Shown here: piece after piece, positions 51,233-64,000 of the stretch
Position numbering within the stretch: the first letter of the stretch is position 1
Layout of the letters: every line of letters starts with the position of its first letter
From: Catajapyx aquilonaris
Lineage: Eukaryota
Direction of reading: 5' to 3'
DNA: 64,000 nt
NCBI GenBank assembly: GCA_000934665.2
Contig: KZ538032.1
Span: 62,001-126,000, forward strand
Notes under the pieces: generated by a model
Databases searched by the model: none
The model's input: only the letters and a program-made list of their open reading frames with translations
What the model was told of the DNA's origin: nothing
Translations under genes and position numbers: made by a program

Positions 51233-54200
51233 TCAGGGTGTGGAAAATGTAGGTTTTATAGTGCCTAAAATGGCCTATGTCGTGGTTTTCGGAACTATTT
51301 TGCATATTCTGCCTTTTTGAGACTTTTCATGCCTATTTGGTCTTTTTTGGGATGGTTTTTGAACTTTTTGAAGCAATTTCGGGACTTTCTGGGCCTATTT
51401 CTTCAGAGGCATGTTTGGGTTTTTTGCGGAGTATTTTTTGTGTTCCTGAAAGGACCAAAATTGTTCAGAAGTAATACTACGAATCATGTTGCTGTGACGC
51501 GTATGCCAAATATTTTTCTAAATTTTCCTATGATTGTTCCAGACAGAGGAAAATTTAGAAAAATATTTGACAACATATTGTGCAAGTGGAAACTGGCTAT
51601 ATAAGCGGTAATGTCCAGAGCAAGTGATACTAGTGCTTGCACTTTGTGTCTTTTTCCCAAGTTTCGTGATTTCCTGTCAGTTTATCAGTCGGTGTTATTC
51701 GGTTTTTGCTATGGTTTGTGACCTTATATTTATACTTTAGTTCTATAAAATTATTCTAGCTTTTATATCTGTCACATTATCCTCCATACTCCCGAAAAAG
51801 TAAAAATGTTGCGCCTATTTGAGGTTTTATCCTGCCTAAAAATCCTGACTCTAGTGATTTGTCAATGAAAAAGGTATCATGCAGTACCAGATAAGCTCTA
51901 TTTGCTAAAATACGAATGTAAGTTAGTAGGTTAACTTACTATATTGTCGACACAATTTTTGAGTAAAAAGATTAGTTTCAGTTGACTCAAAAAGCTAACA
52001 GGTTTGTAAAAAGTAAAAACCATGTAGTTTTCATCTTTTCCAAACCTCTTAGCTTTTTGAGCTTTTTGAGTTTGAGTTTGAGTGTTATAGCACTAAAACT
52101 TATTTAGAATGGAAGGATAACTATAAGGATATAGCTACCGGCTAACTTCATTGTTATCCTGAACTAATATTTATAAACCAGTCCTAAATTAGAGATTTAA
52201 TTTTTTGTGTTAAATTTTCTTCCCACTTGTGGCGACTTCTTTGTCACGCGCATTACACGGCCTTGCACAGTATTACTCGCACACACAAGTCCCAGTGTCG
52301 TTTTATTCATAGGCTGCATTAAATTTGAATTACGTCACAAAATTTTGTAACAAGTTTGTCTCATGACACATTGCCCCCTCTCGCGCATGAATTTTTAATG
52401 CCGCATTTAAAATTCATATGTGTGATTATTTTGCTATTTTTTCAGGACCTGTCGCACCACTGTATGTCTAAAAAAAGATGCCCCCCCTCCTCCTTCTGAG
52501 TCAGGCAAGGAGGGGGTGTAGGCGTCTGTGTGTGCTTAACCACAGTCCCATTAATGTCAGTCATTCAGCTCATAAGTACCCTTGCTAGAATTATTGAGAA
52601 GTTTTGACTGTACCTTATTAGACTACTGTACAATAGGCGGTTTATATTTTTGTTTTATTGTGAGTGGTGGCTAATCATTGACCTCGGTGCTTGTGGGTCA
52701 GAATGGAAAATCACTGTCTGAATGAATGCTTCCATTCAAACTAATATTAGCAGCTAATATTTGTGATAACCCTTAATATTAATTGGTCGAGTATAATGAC
52801 GCAACGCTATTAAGCAGCTTAAGTGTCAAAAATGGGCTGACAACTAGAGATATTCGTATTTTAATTGCGATAATTTATAAAGTATTTGACACCGTGAACG
52901 CATCAGTCATCTTTTTAATCACTAAGGCATCATTGAACACTGCATAAATAACTACCGTCATACATGTTGGGAATTCAATCTGATTCTTTTTCAACATCAC
53001 ATACACCTTGTACCATATTATATAGTTTGAAAAGATGGTAAGAGGTAAATAAACAGGAAAAAATAATGAGGAATTGATTTATTTGCATCAGAAAATGTTC
53101 TAGGCATGACGGAATTATACAGGAGAGGGGCAGTTACAGGATTGTTTGCACCAGTATCGAAATAATGTCTTGAGTGCCCCTGACCCTATAATATTATATG
53201 CGTAAATGAGCGTCATACAGAGAGCTACTCAGTATAGGCTAAGTAAATAATGGCACCTTTTTTGTGATATGCATGTTTTTTCTCCCTCGATCACACGTTA
53301 TTGGATGACCAAGATAGCATTTATCTTATTATAACGAGTCTTAGATTACTCTCCCTATGCTGCTGGCCTCTGTCTGAGGACCGAGCTGAGGACACGGAAG
53401 TTATACCGGGATCGCGGGCCTTGGTGAATAATAATCCGTGCAGGAATGACCTCATAAGTGGCATAATTGGCAGTGCTGATTTGTTGTTGACATCGACAAT
53501 GAGATATCTGGTCCCAATAAAAATATTGGTTTGACGGAAACGCCACTCGTAAATTCGGTATCCCATGTAATAGGTTTGAATACAGGCTATATGTGTCAGC
53601 ATTGTCCGAGGCCTACACAGAATACAGGCTAGCAATACACCTATATGTTTTTTGAGATATAAACAGTACACTTGGGCTTTGTAACATGTGGTCCAAACAT
53701 ATATAATAGGACATCGTGTAGATGTTTCCGATGACAAATTATATCTACCGGGTGTTTGTCTGTCATATTTTAAAAGGCGAGGAACAAAGGAGAGTGCATG
53801 GATTAGTCACCCATGAGTGAACAATGTCAAAACCCATAAATGAAACTCCAAACATTGCGCCGAGCGTGAGCTGGAGTTCGAATACTGCCCAGAAGTTAAT
53901 AAACCACAATTTCTTGCCTGTCCCACCTCTTCATGTCGTCATCTTGGAGAGAGTAACACCCTGTGCATGTATTATATACGTCCCAAGAATTTCTTTTGGC
54001 CAGACGTATCCTGCCTTATACAACCTTCAGCAAGCTTTTGAGTTTCTCCTGTACATTATCATTACCAAGTAGGCTACTGATGGTTGTATCGCACCAGTGT
54101 ACGTCTGGCAAAACTCTTGTAAACAAAAAAGTACGTCGTATGTTGAATCTCAATAGTCGACTAGTCTACTTGTAGAATATAGACATAACCTATACGAGAT

Positions 54201-54387
54201 ATAAATCCCTAAGTTCACACCTCTTGGGGCGGAATGAAAGGTGACAATTACGACAAGTGAATTTATTATTGTTTCTTCTAACGGGTTGCTTCTCTGGTTG
54301 TTAGCGTTCAACAGTCAGCGTATACTTCTTTCCCAGCCTTTCCCTTATACTGGGGGGCTTGGACAGCGCACCACCCTGTATAATTAT

Positions 54388-54596
54388 GGTGTTTCAACCT
54401 TTTTGTCTTAACAGTTATCGGAAATATGGCACTAAGCTGCTACTTTGTAAGCAGTGACTTGCAACCGGGGATTTGTCGGAGGTATGGGGAATATTCCCTG
54501 CGAATCTTAGGTTGAAGTGGCATACGTGCTTATACAAAGTAGCAGCTTAGTGCAATATTTCAGATAACTGTTATTGAGACAAAAAAGTTCACTCTG
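54388..54596. mobile_element. Tc1/mariner-type MITE, same family as 24362
   Basis: Homologous arms and core, slightly damaged ends. Confidence 0.8.
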
Positions 54597-56184
54597 TATA
54601 TGATGCTGTATTTATTACAATATATACAGTATGTACTCCCGTAGCAGTGCTGCTTACATATAAGCAGGCCTACACCACACTAATTGTAAAGCGAAACCCC
54701 CCTTTTTAAAATTCAGGCCGCCATTTTGTCGCCATATTAAGACGCCCTAGCCTTGTCAAATACCATATTATCACCGTGACAAATCCATTGCAATTGACCC
54801 TGACACTGGCTAAAGGTGGATTGACAAACTTCCAAAGCCGCACAATTTGGAGACCTACAATGTGAAGGCTATCCTCCTACAGCCACAACCAGTAGCAAGT
54901 TGACCAATTCATCACCCACAACATCTCGCGGTTAAAAATAAACCCGCCCGTTTGCATGATGCCCAGGGCAAAACCGTGAGAGTGTGAGTCAGATGACCTA
55001 GGACGCAACGGATTCTGTATTATCAAGTCAGGATATAGAACGCGCCAAATTCGTCCTTAAGTGTAATTACCTGGTCAAACAGGCCTCCTTTATTGGCCAA
55101 ACGCGTCTTTGAAGGTCGTCTCGTGTTGGCGAGCTCCCGCATTATCATATCCTTTTACCCCTAAGGAGTGTGCAAAACAGCAGCAAAAAGGTCACGAAGA
55201 ATAGGAAAGAATGGGTCCTCTTGTCCTTGGGAGGCTGATGCACCCTGTGCCAGACCTTGTTACACCTTTCTTTCCATGACTCCCAACCACAGTTAGGTCT
55301 AGGTTCTAGAGACGAAGTTTGTCGGTCGGATGGACCCAACCTATATGCAGTCAATCAGTCACGTTTAAAAGCGCATTTAGGTGCAAATGAGGCAGTATTG
55401 GGTTAGCCCTCGATTGTTTCCCCTTGAGGCACAAATGCTGGATGGCCGTCAGAAGCCGTTGAGCAGGGCCAAGCAGGTGTGGCTCCTTCCGATACCATCG
55501 GCCGCCCTTTTGTTTTCCGATCCCACCACCAACACCATCTGGCTTGCACCAGGCTTCACACATCTCTTTTTGTGAACCCACATCCAGGTTGCCCGACGCG
55601 TGCTCTGTCAAAGACCAAATTTTGCCTCTTTGGACATTTTTCCCTCCCGCTTGATTCCTGTTGCCTTTGTCGGGTTTTGAAACAGATGAAGACAGGCTCA
55701 CACATGATAATCCTATGATCCCGCACGTAATGATGGCTTATATAAAACCCATTGTTGCCTATTAAACACTCCTGATGATAGGCAGTGTGATTAGCATTCA
55801 CCATGCTATCGACTTCACTTTGTCTGGCTTAAATAAACTTTACAGGGTGACTCTAAAGTCTGGATAAGTAACTCATCCTTTACTGACTGTCAACAATCTG
55901 CCAGTTGGCACAACTGGAAACCAACAATACAAACCAATTGCCTATGTATCCAGACTTTAGACTGTTTAGAGTATGACAATTTCGGGACTTCGATTAGTAT
56001 ACTTCTCGGCCCCGTTTATCTCGGAATATGAAGGCTATATGTGTCGGCTATCTGTATATTATTTTGAAGCCGGATTCTTCATAGAATCCGTGCAACCGAT
56101 TTATTGGCAATAAAATCGCAAGTTTGGCAACATCGTAATTTTGTTCTAATTATGTCCAGGATATTTCATGAGAGCACATTAAGC

Positions 56185-56330
56185 CAAGGGGATAATCACT
56201 ATAGAATGAAAAGTGTACACTGGAGTACCGGTACCAAATTCAAGGAGTAATAAAGAGTGAGGTACCTGAGGAGTGCCAGGGAGTACCACTCGCAGATGTA
56301 CACCTGAGTACCGAAGTGATTACCCCCTTG
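56185..56330. mobile_element. hAT-type MITE, same family
   Basis: Same body, 8-bp TSD CATTAAGC/CATTAGGC. Confidence 0.85.
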
Positions 56331-57479
56331 CATTAGGCTACCAATAACTCCGCAAGTTAAATGTAATCTCCAGGCTTACCACATTGCACCTCTGTATATG
56401 TAGTCTACACTGCACAGCGTTCCGACGAGAGACATGTACTTTTCTCGTTTGGGTCTGCGTTGCAATGACATTGCAACAGTGATGCCGAGTTATCAGTAAT
56501 GATAGCATATGGGTATTGTAGTACATGCGGCGCAGATGCACGCAACTACTGCTTTTAGCAATTGCTCCAAACCAGTGGATAGTATATCTATTGGAACCTG
56601 TAACGCTGTAAGCTAAGAGTTCAACGTCGTATATTTACAAGTGTTCCTCTGAAAGTTCTAACTTTCTCTTGGACCCGCAGTTCCCTTGCGGATTTTCATG
56701 ACGTAATTATTCTATAGTTGATTTTGGTAATTTCGGTTTCATTACAGAGATAATTGAATGACAAGTTTAGTTTAGTCATGTGCATGAACAATACGCTGAT
56801 TTTCCAGATGCTCAATCCCCCAGCTACCCTTAAGCAGAACAATAAATTATTTGCTTGATGCCCCGAATAACACCTATTATTATCTAGAATTATTAGGATG
56901 CTGTTATTTCCGTATAATGCAGCCAAATTCTCAAAATCGATCCTTAATCCTAGTTGGAGTGCAACCTTTGACAAAAACCTTATAAAGGCGCTCTGCATTA
57001 TGTTATATTACACTCTTATGCGGCCCATAAATTGACAGCTCAGCTGTGAGTATATAGTAAGTCATCAGCACGGCACTGAACCTGCATTGTGGGACATTGA
57101 CGAGGATGATCCTGATAACCAGCATACATTTCAGGAGTTCATGATGTTAACGTGGGAAAATCTGTCTCCATTCATGCCACCGAATGTATACTGCGGATCA
57201 CCATGTAACGTCATGGGGTGGTGGCAGCGTCATAACGTATAACCTGCTACAAACTGCGCCTTTCTGTATACAAAAAGGTGCAGTTTATGAACTACGAGAA
57301 AATGAGATTGGATTAGTTTGACATCATCGAAGTAGTGTGGTTAGCGATATTTGGCACCAAACTTCTCATTTTTAGGTATAGCTACTTTTGCACAGACACA
57401 ACATCAGTTCAGTGGTTATCAAAAAATCCGCTGCTGGACATTAGCTTCCAAAGGGGGACTTCCCTGCAAAGATAATTAT

Positions 57480-57530
57480 CGATGATGATGATGATGATGA
57501 TGATGACGATTGTTGTTAGTTGTTGTTGTT
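57480..57530. repeat. (GAT)n/(GTT)n microsatellite
   Basis: Read directly from the sequence. Confidence 0.85.
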
Positions 57531-57533
57531 ACA

Positions 57534-57625
57534 TGGCAGCACGGTTGGGTAGTGGTAGCACCAGAGACTTCCACCCCAGAGGTCCTGAGTTCGATTCCCG
57601 GGTCGGGGATGGACTGCTGGTTCCA
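57534..57625 (+). mobile_element. tRNA-like SINE head (degenerate)
   Basis: TGGGTAGTGG A-box-like, CTTCCAC loop and GAGTTCGATTCCC B box, with poor stems and no Pol III terminator. Confidence 0.55.
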
Positions 57626-58791
57626 GGTTAATTCTGCTATACAGTAACAGTGCCACAGGTGGGGATATAGAGGGTCGAGTGACATCATTTTCAAACATGC
57701 CATTCATTATACTGGGTGTTTCATACTGACTCAGACAACGTTCTATATATAGTCTCTGGAAAGTCATATGATGTAGATGTGTTATTTTTTCGTAGCCTAT
57801 AGTTATCCAAGATTATTAGCATCAATCAAATAGTCCAATATTGTATGGATGAGACAGCCTACGACACATCCACTCTCTAGAAAACTGCAACATGAGTGGT
57901 AACACTTATTTTCAAACGAAAAAGGCAAGGTTGCAGGAGGAACCCATACCTGCCAGGATACAGTATTTTTGATGTCTTGGATGTCAAGTCCATCATTGTG
58001 TAGCTAACAAGGCTTATTCTCACAGAAGGCGACTCCTCCAGTGAAATTGATCCTCTGCTTCTCTGCTTCTCGCACCAGATATTTTACGAAAGCATTGTTG
58101 CAAAACATCCTGTATACTGTAGAGTGTATAGACGATATAAATGGCATGTTTCAAAATAAAGAGGTTATCCCCTCTATCCCCCACTTCTCCAGAAATCTTC
58201 GAATCCATTACGACTGACCCCAATGAATCAGCCAACCAGATAATAAGCCTATATATTAGTCGAAGATATATAAGTCTTCTAAACTCAATTACAAAACTTC
58301 TCGCGTCCATTATATTTTGTAGGTTACGTCAGAAAAGGCGAAACTAATTAGTCACGCGCCGTGACTAATTAGTAAATATTGGTTCTTAAATATTTTATTA
58401 CTGCAAACTTAGATAATGATAGCCTACTCTGCTCAGATTAACAAGAGTAATATTGGTTATTGTGCTTTGTTGTCGTTTTCCGGGAAATCTTAGTAAGGTG
58501 GCTACAAAATGTTTTCCAAACAACGAAAAGGTCAAAAGGTCTCTCAGGTCTTGGGGATGTTGTTACGGTAGCCGCTCCGACGTATCACTTTACTGTTGAT
58601 GGATTTTGAGAACGGAAAGTAACGAACAAAACCAATAGAAACTCTTCCGATGAGAAAACCAATCGTCGACCTACCCGGGAATTCTCAGACTAGAATGCTG
58701 GTAACACTGTAAGCCATTGCACATAATCATGCAAACAAGGGCATGCATAATCTGAATTTTAAAGTTTGTAAGAATCGAACAGATATGGTGC

Positions 58792-58795
<4 letters not shown>

Positions 58796-58856
<61 letters not shown>

Positions 58857-59184
58857 TGTGGGTAATGCTTTCACCCCTTCCGGGGTAGGCTATATAGCAT
58901 GGACCTTTATTGTATTTTAAGTTGTTAAATACATGGTGCCTATTTAATGAAAGCCCGGGCCCACGGTCAGGAGGGGATGTGCAAGGTGCAGTGCAATGTC
59001 GTAGCTGTGGTCATTTTGTGAACTCCCCCGGGTGGTTTAGTCTATTGGAAATACCACCCGAGACGAAGCCAGAGGTGACCCCGAACTCTGCACGAGATGA
59101 AGGGGGTGACCCCGGGCTGGGATCGAACCCGGGACCTTAACATCCGTGGGCGCATACGTTACCGCAACGCCACTCCGTCTCCCC
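58796..59184 (-). mobile_element. tRNA-derived SINE, family 2, (ATT)n-tailed variant
   Basis: Same head and body as the 36567 copy. TSD ATATGGTGCATAT / ATCTGGTGCATAT at 58783-58795 and 59185-59197. Confidence 0.88.
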
Positions 59185-60785
59185 ATCTGGTGCATATTAT
59201 AAATTATGAGCAACTGATGTAGCCTACCGGTATAAAATGTGCGATTTTGTGAGGTGTTATATGACTTTTTAAAATATAGTACACTCGTTTTTGTACATAA
59301 CACGTGTGGGCGGTGCCAAGTTTCTGCACATTTTGAAATAATTGTGTAGCAAATTTGTAATACTCGTACCTTGCACCAACTTATATTTTAACCTTGCAAC
59401 AAAACTTCTGCAATTATTTAGTGACCTTGTGATGTAGGCAAATAATTCCATTCTGGGCACCAACTTGCCAAAATTTGGCAAAAGTGCGAAAGTATCAAAG
59501 CTACATCAGACGGTAAAGTGCAGAAGACGGTGAAGTCTGAAGTGCAGAAGTAAGCGAGTGTCCACCCAGGAGGTGGCGCCGGGAACGGTGCGCGGGGAAA
59601 TTGGGAATTTCGTGGAGCAGTAGTCGGCGAGTTTTTTTTCGGTCTTTTGCGTTTGACAAAGTCCCTCGGCCCTTTTTCCAAAAAAAACAAAAGTGGTTTG
59701 CAAATCTAGAAAACGTGAGCAAAATTTTGAAACCACTCCTAATGCTGTAGACCGTACGGTGCGAGAGGAGTTTCCATCACAGTCAGGTATTAATAATATA
59801 GATAGGTAAAAGGCAAAGCTTTAATTAGTTTTTAATATACTGTACAATGTTCAATATCAACTATGTCTTATTGCACTGCATAAGGTTGGTTAGTCTGCCA
59901 GACTGAGAAGCAACTCACTGGGCGTGCCCTAAACAATCATTATTTTTATTTTTATTATTATAGTACAGTAGGCCTATCTACTAAATTTTTTGCATATTAC
60001 CTCAAGGTGGCATCAACGGTTCATTCAAAAGGAAACCAATCTAGGAAGTTTAAAAAATGAAGTAGTAACTGTATGCCAGAAAAGTAGAGTGACATTTCCT
60101 GGCCATCTTCGATTCAGGGCATGGGTTGTTCGATGCTGCAGGAGCCATTTCCCAACAATCGCTCGTTTAAAGCAATGGTCACGCGCGGTGCACAATCTCT
60201 GCACATCGGCCAGGGCTGATGTGCCTCCAAGAGACTTGTGCAGGCGAAAATGAGCCGGAAAAGCTCCTTTTACTCCTTCAACCATCCCATCCACACCTCT
60301 TCTCCTGCCTGCCTACCTTCTGGCTTCTCCACCCATCTCTTTCTGCCTCGCCCTTCCTTTCTTAATGATTCGCCAGCAGATTGCGCTTGTTTCCATAAAT
60401 CATCCCTTGATATTTTAATTACGCAAGAAATTGCCCTGATTTATTCTGGAAGAGTATGAGTTGGAGAGGCTGTGTTGCTTGTTGTGCAGTCATACCCAAC
60501 ACCAGCCTCAAATCGGGCCATTTTGCAGTGTAGCAAAAGTTAACGATGATGAACGGAAAGCGTAAGGACACACAATTTTAAGTAACAGATAGAGTCATAG
60601 CAGTGAAATAGGACCATCTGACTTCACTCTACTTTTATGGTAATATAATAGAGTATGCCTGCTTGTTGACAGTCGCTGGGTCCATGGGTACATTTGGAAG
60701 GCGTCTTCGCCAGCCTGGATGCAAAAATACTATTTAATTTCGACTCTATATTCCTATTTTTATCGGGTATAGAGTACGCTGACTT

Positions 60786-61091
60786 CAATATAATAATATC
60801 ATAATAATATCATACCCCATTGAAGCCGTCCTGGCTTTTTAGGGGGGAGATTTGTTTTTTTTTTGGCTGGAACTCTTGTAAACTTTATTTCGCTTTTTGG
60901 GACGGGATAGGGATGGAAGGAAGCGGCTGTGGCCTATTAACTAGGAAACAACTCCGGTATTCACCTGGAGGAACCGTGGGAAACCACAGAAAACCACGGT
61001 CAGAGTTGCCGGCACCGGGATTCGAACCTCGAACCCAGGACCTCCCGATTAGCAGGCGGACTCCATATCCACTACACCAACCTGCTTCGGT
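60786..61091 (-). mobile_element. tRNA-derived SINE, family 1
   Basis: Homologous over its full length to the 18512 copy, with a short TCGAACC duplication in the B box. No clear TSD. Confidence 0.85.
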
Positions 61092-64000
61092 ACAGGGATT
61101 AATATTCAAATATGCGTGTAGTTTCAGTGGGAGTCATAAAGGCGTAGAATATCATGGATCTGAGCCAGAACGTTGTTGCTGGCATCTAATTAATTTTTGT
61201 CTGCAGAAATATTATGCACCGCACTTGAATGTGTCATACTGTATACGCAGATTTTGCTACACCGGTTGGACGTTTTTCAACAGTGTAGTACCGGTATTTA
61301 TTTTAGAGCTTATTCTTCGTTTTAAGAGAGAATAGCAAAAAAAAAAATATCACGGTGTTTAAAATTCAGTGTAGGTTTGTCTCACGTGCATTAAGGCGGC
61401 GCAGTAGCAAAAATTCGGTAGGCGCATTTCGTAGGGAACTGTATTTTTTTGTCGCAACACTTGTCGTTAATATGGGAAAACACGAACTAGGTGCCCTGCG
61501 CAAAGGTTTGGCCGTTACAATAATACCATAATCGACATGATTGCATTAAAATTGTGGACATACGGCCGCAGATGTGTCCGATTTTGTTGCGATTCCTGCC
61601 GCCATGTTATTCAAATGGACTTTTCGGGATTGCCATTTTCCTCTCACTTCAACTCGTCTTAAAGGTCATTTCTAGGTCGACAATTGAAAAACACCAACTA
61701 GCTGCCCTGAGCCAGATTATCTACTATTTTTTGGTGCAATTTTTGTGCCGATTAAATCATTGTTGCGGCCGTATGGCTGCAGAAATGTAGACATGTCGAA
61801 TCCCCATATGCTTCCCATGCATAAGCGAGTTTGTTTGGGACGTGTCGCCAAGGGCTCCGCATTGTTACCATATTTTTGCTAACTGCGCCGCCTTAAACAA
61901 CATTAACTTACGTTGGAAATATCTAAGAGAATTCTGTACACTCGATCCGGAAATGAGTCAACCCATATTGCAAACAAGCGCCTTATCTACGGCATTTAAC
62001 AACCTCAGCACCGTGACACAGTCCAATATAAATCCACATAATGTGTGTCAGCCTCCTCCAGGCCTCATTATACTCCCGCACCGTGCCAACAGGTGCAACA
62101 ATTTGGCACGCAACCCAACAAAGCCCCCCTCCCCATAACACCTGAAGTACTGTGTACTCATTCCCTACAAGGGGCACGAAAAAAAACGTATTCAATCAAA
62201 CCCCCATGTGAAACTGGTTGGAAATGAGCCGATAATAGTGGGCAAGTTGTGACCTAGTACCCCCCTTACCCTCTATGCCCGATTATAGGAAATGAAAAGC
62301 AGGGTAGTCATATGGATTTGGATTGCTACCCAACCCCCACAGCAACCCAAAATAATAAGCCCTAGGGGCCCAGTGATGGCGACGCCACGCCACGCGCCCC
62401 ACGCCAACTTCTCTTATTGCCCCTCCATGCCCCCCTTCCACAAAAGGGGGATCAGGATCCCTCCCTTCAAAATAGATCCCACCCGACTCCCACATGCACC
62501 CCATTGCCCCCATGCACACACATCTCCACAACCACCGTGCTGAATAAATTCATCACCAAGGTCATCACTTTTGATGCTGTGGCCGTTGGCAGGCTTTCAC
62601 CAGATTTTTTGAACTGAACATGGCGGGGGCCTCTCAATTTCTATTTTCTTTTCTGCTGGTTTGAAATGTGCAAACATGGTGCAAATTTCGGGGGGAAATG
62701 TAGTGGGAATTTGGCTACCAGTATTTTCATTGGTTTGTAGGTTTTCGGAATTTTTTATGCTTGTTTTTTGGTAGAGAAAGTGAATTGTGGGCACTAAGGT
62801 TTGGCCTGTTATCCCACCCCCATGCTGATATTTCCCATCATGTTATTGTGTAAGCCTGACACACCTGCTTGTATTGTCAACGCTTCAGATACACCTTCGA
62901 AGGCAATTTTCTCAATGAAGGAACGAGATGGTGTTTCTATACCGAGTTTGCAGCGAAGGCTCTGTGAGCAAGTTACTACGAATCGGTAGCGAATCGAACA
63001 AAGGGAGTGCAAAGTTTTTCCTAAAGTTGAACATTGCACAGAAGTTTCCCCTGCATTAAAAAATCAGCACAGTCCTAAAATGTACTTAATTTATTATAAC
63101 CATTGCGCCACATTAATTCAAAAATATATGCTCAAATAATTTTATTATGCTATATTCGTTTGGAATATGGCGAGCCAATAAATATTCGGCAATTCCCAAA
63201 AGAGAACTACCCGTATCACTGACCCGGGGGGAAAAACAAATATGGCATTTAGAGGCCCATGTGACTGCCTGCTATTAATCGTGTTCATGCCTTGTTTCGC
63301 TATCGAGTGCAACGTCGGCACTGAGCTTCTATAGGCATGGGGACGTCGAAATAGTGACTATCGATTGAATGCCCTGACATCCGTGAATGGGGTATGCGTC
63401 CATCTTAATAAAAACTCCATCAAAAATTTTCGAGCTTCCCTGCAAGCTACACTGACACAAACAATAGGTCCTTCTACATGTTGGCATTTTTTGGGCAAGC
63501 TCCGAGCTGTTTCAGTGGTTGTTGATGAGAATTGCATTATTTCACCTCACACATCAAATGTTCCCAGTATTGGTAGCAATATTAGCATCTACCCCCTGGA
63601 GTATCTTCCTGATCATTGAAGGGACAATATGATGAGTATAATAGTACACAAAGGACAATCAGGAATCAGATTTGTGCACTGGGGGTTCATATGGATGAGG
63701 TCAATAGTGGTAAAAATGTAGACTTAGGCCTGTGAAATTGGTACACTTGATCCAGGAAAAATTAATTATTACAGCCTGCATGAAAAGGCCACGTTTTGCA
63801 TTATTCTATGTAGGTTAGAATACTTTCTATCCCTGGCAAAACGTGATTGACGAATCGTTCCAGTCACGCATAGCATTCCCATTAATAGATCCCGATGTGT
63901 AAGCGGTGCGATTTAAGAAATTATTCATTACGTGCCACATTGTTGGACATGCCAAAGTAGTGTACAGTACCACCCTGTATTTTCTGTGAAGATTTCACCT

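Noticed and set aside
55145..55804. GC-richer stretch with overlapping ORFs, possible decayed transposon coding sequence
   Set aside because: No motif I can identify in any frame; a BLASTx would be needed.
60820..61335. 171-aa ORF and similar ORFs containing GNHRKPR
   Set aside because: These are translations of SINE family 1.

Overview
Eukaryotic, AT-rich genomic DNA with a high repeat load; the SINE types, splice signals and Rab sequence point to an invertebrate, probably an arthropod (inference). The only protein-coding gene I can support is the 5' part of a Rab26/Rab37-family small GTPase on the minus strand. It has two alternative N-terminal modules in tandem. Each module is a ~350-nt exon carrying the ATG and a Pro/Ser-rich leader, plus a 111-nt exon encoding the P-loop and switch I. 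Distal module A (28055-28400, 23595-23705) encodes ...[21 protein letters not shown]...TVGIGFT. Proximal module B (8326-8674, 3781-3891) encodes ...[23 protein letters not shown]...TVGIDFR. From memory, this matches the two alternative N-termini of human RAB37. I did not find the shared downstream exons (NKV..., WDTAGQE...), so they probably lie left of base 1. The rest is intron or upstream DNA containing several tRNA-derived SINE families with target-site duplications and swapped 3' modules. It also holds hAT-, PIF/Harbinger- and Tc1/mariner-type MITEs (some nested three deep), foldback hairpins, an LTR-like remnant, microsatellites and one 85-N assembly gap. Almost all ORFs in the supplied track look spurious.
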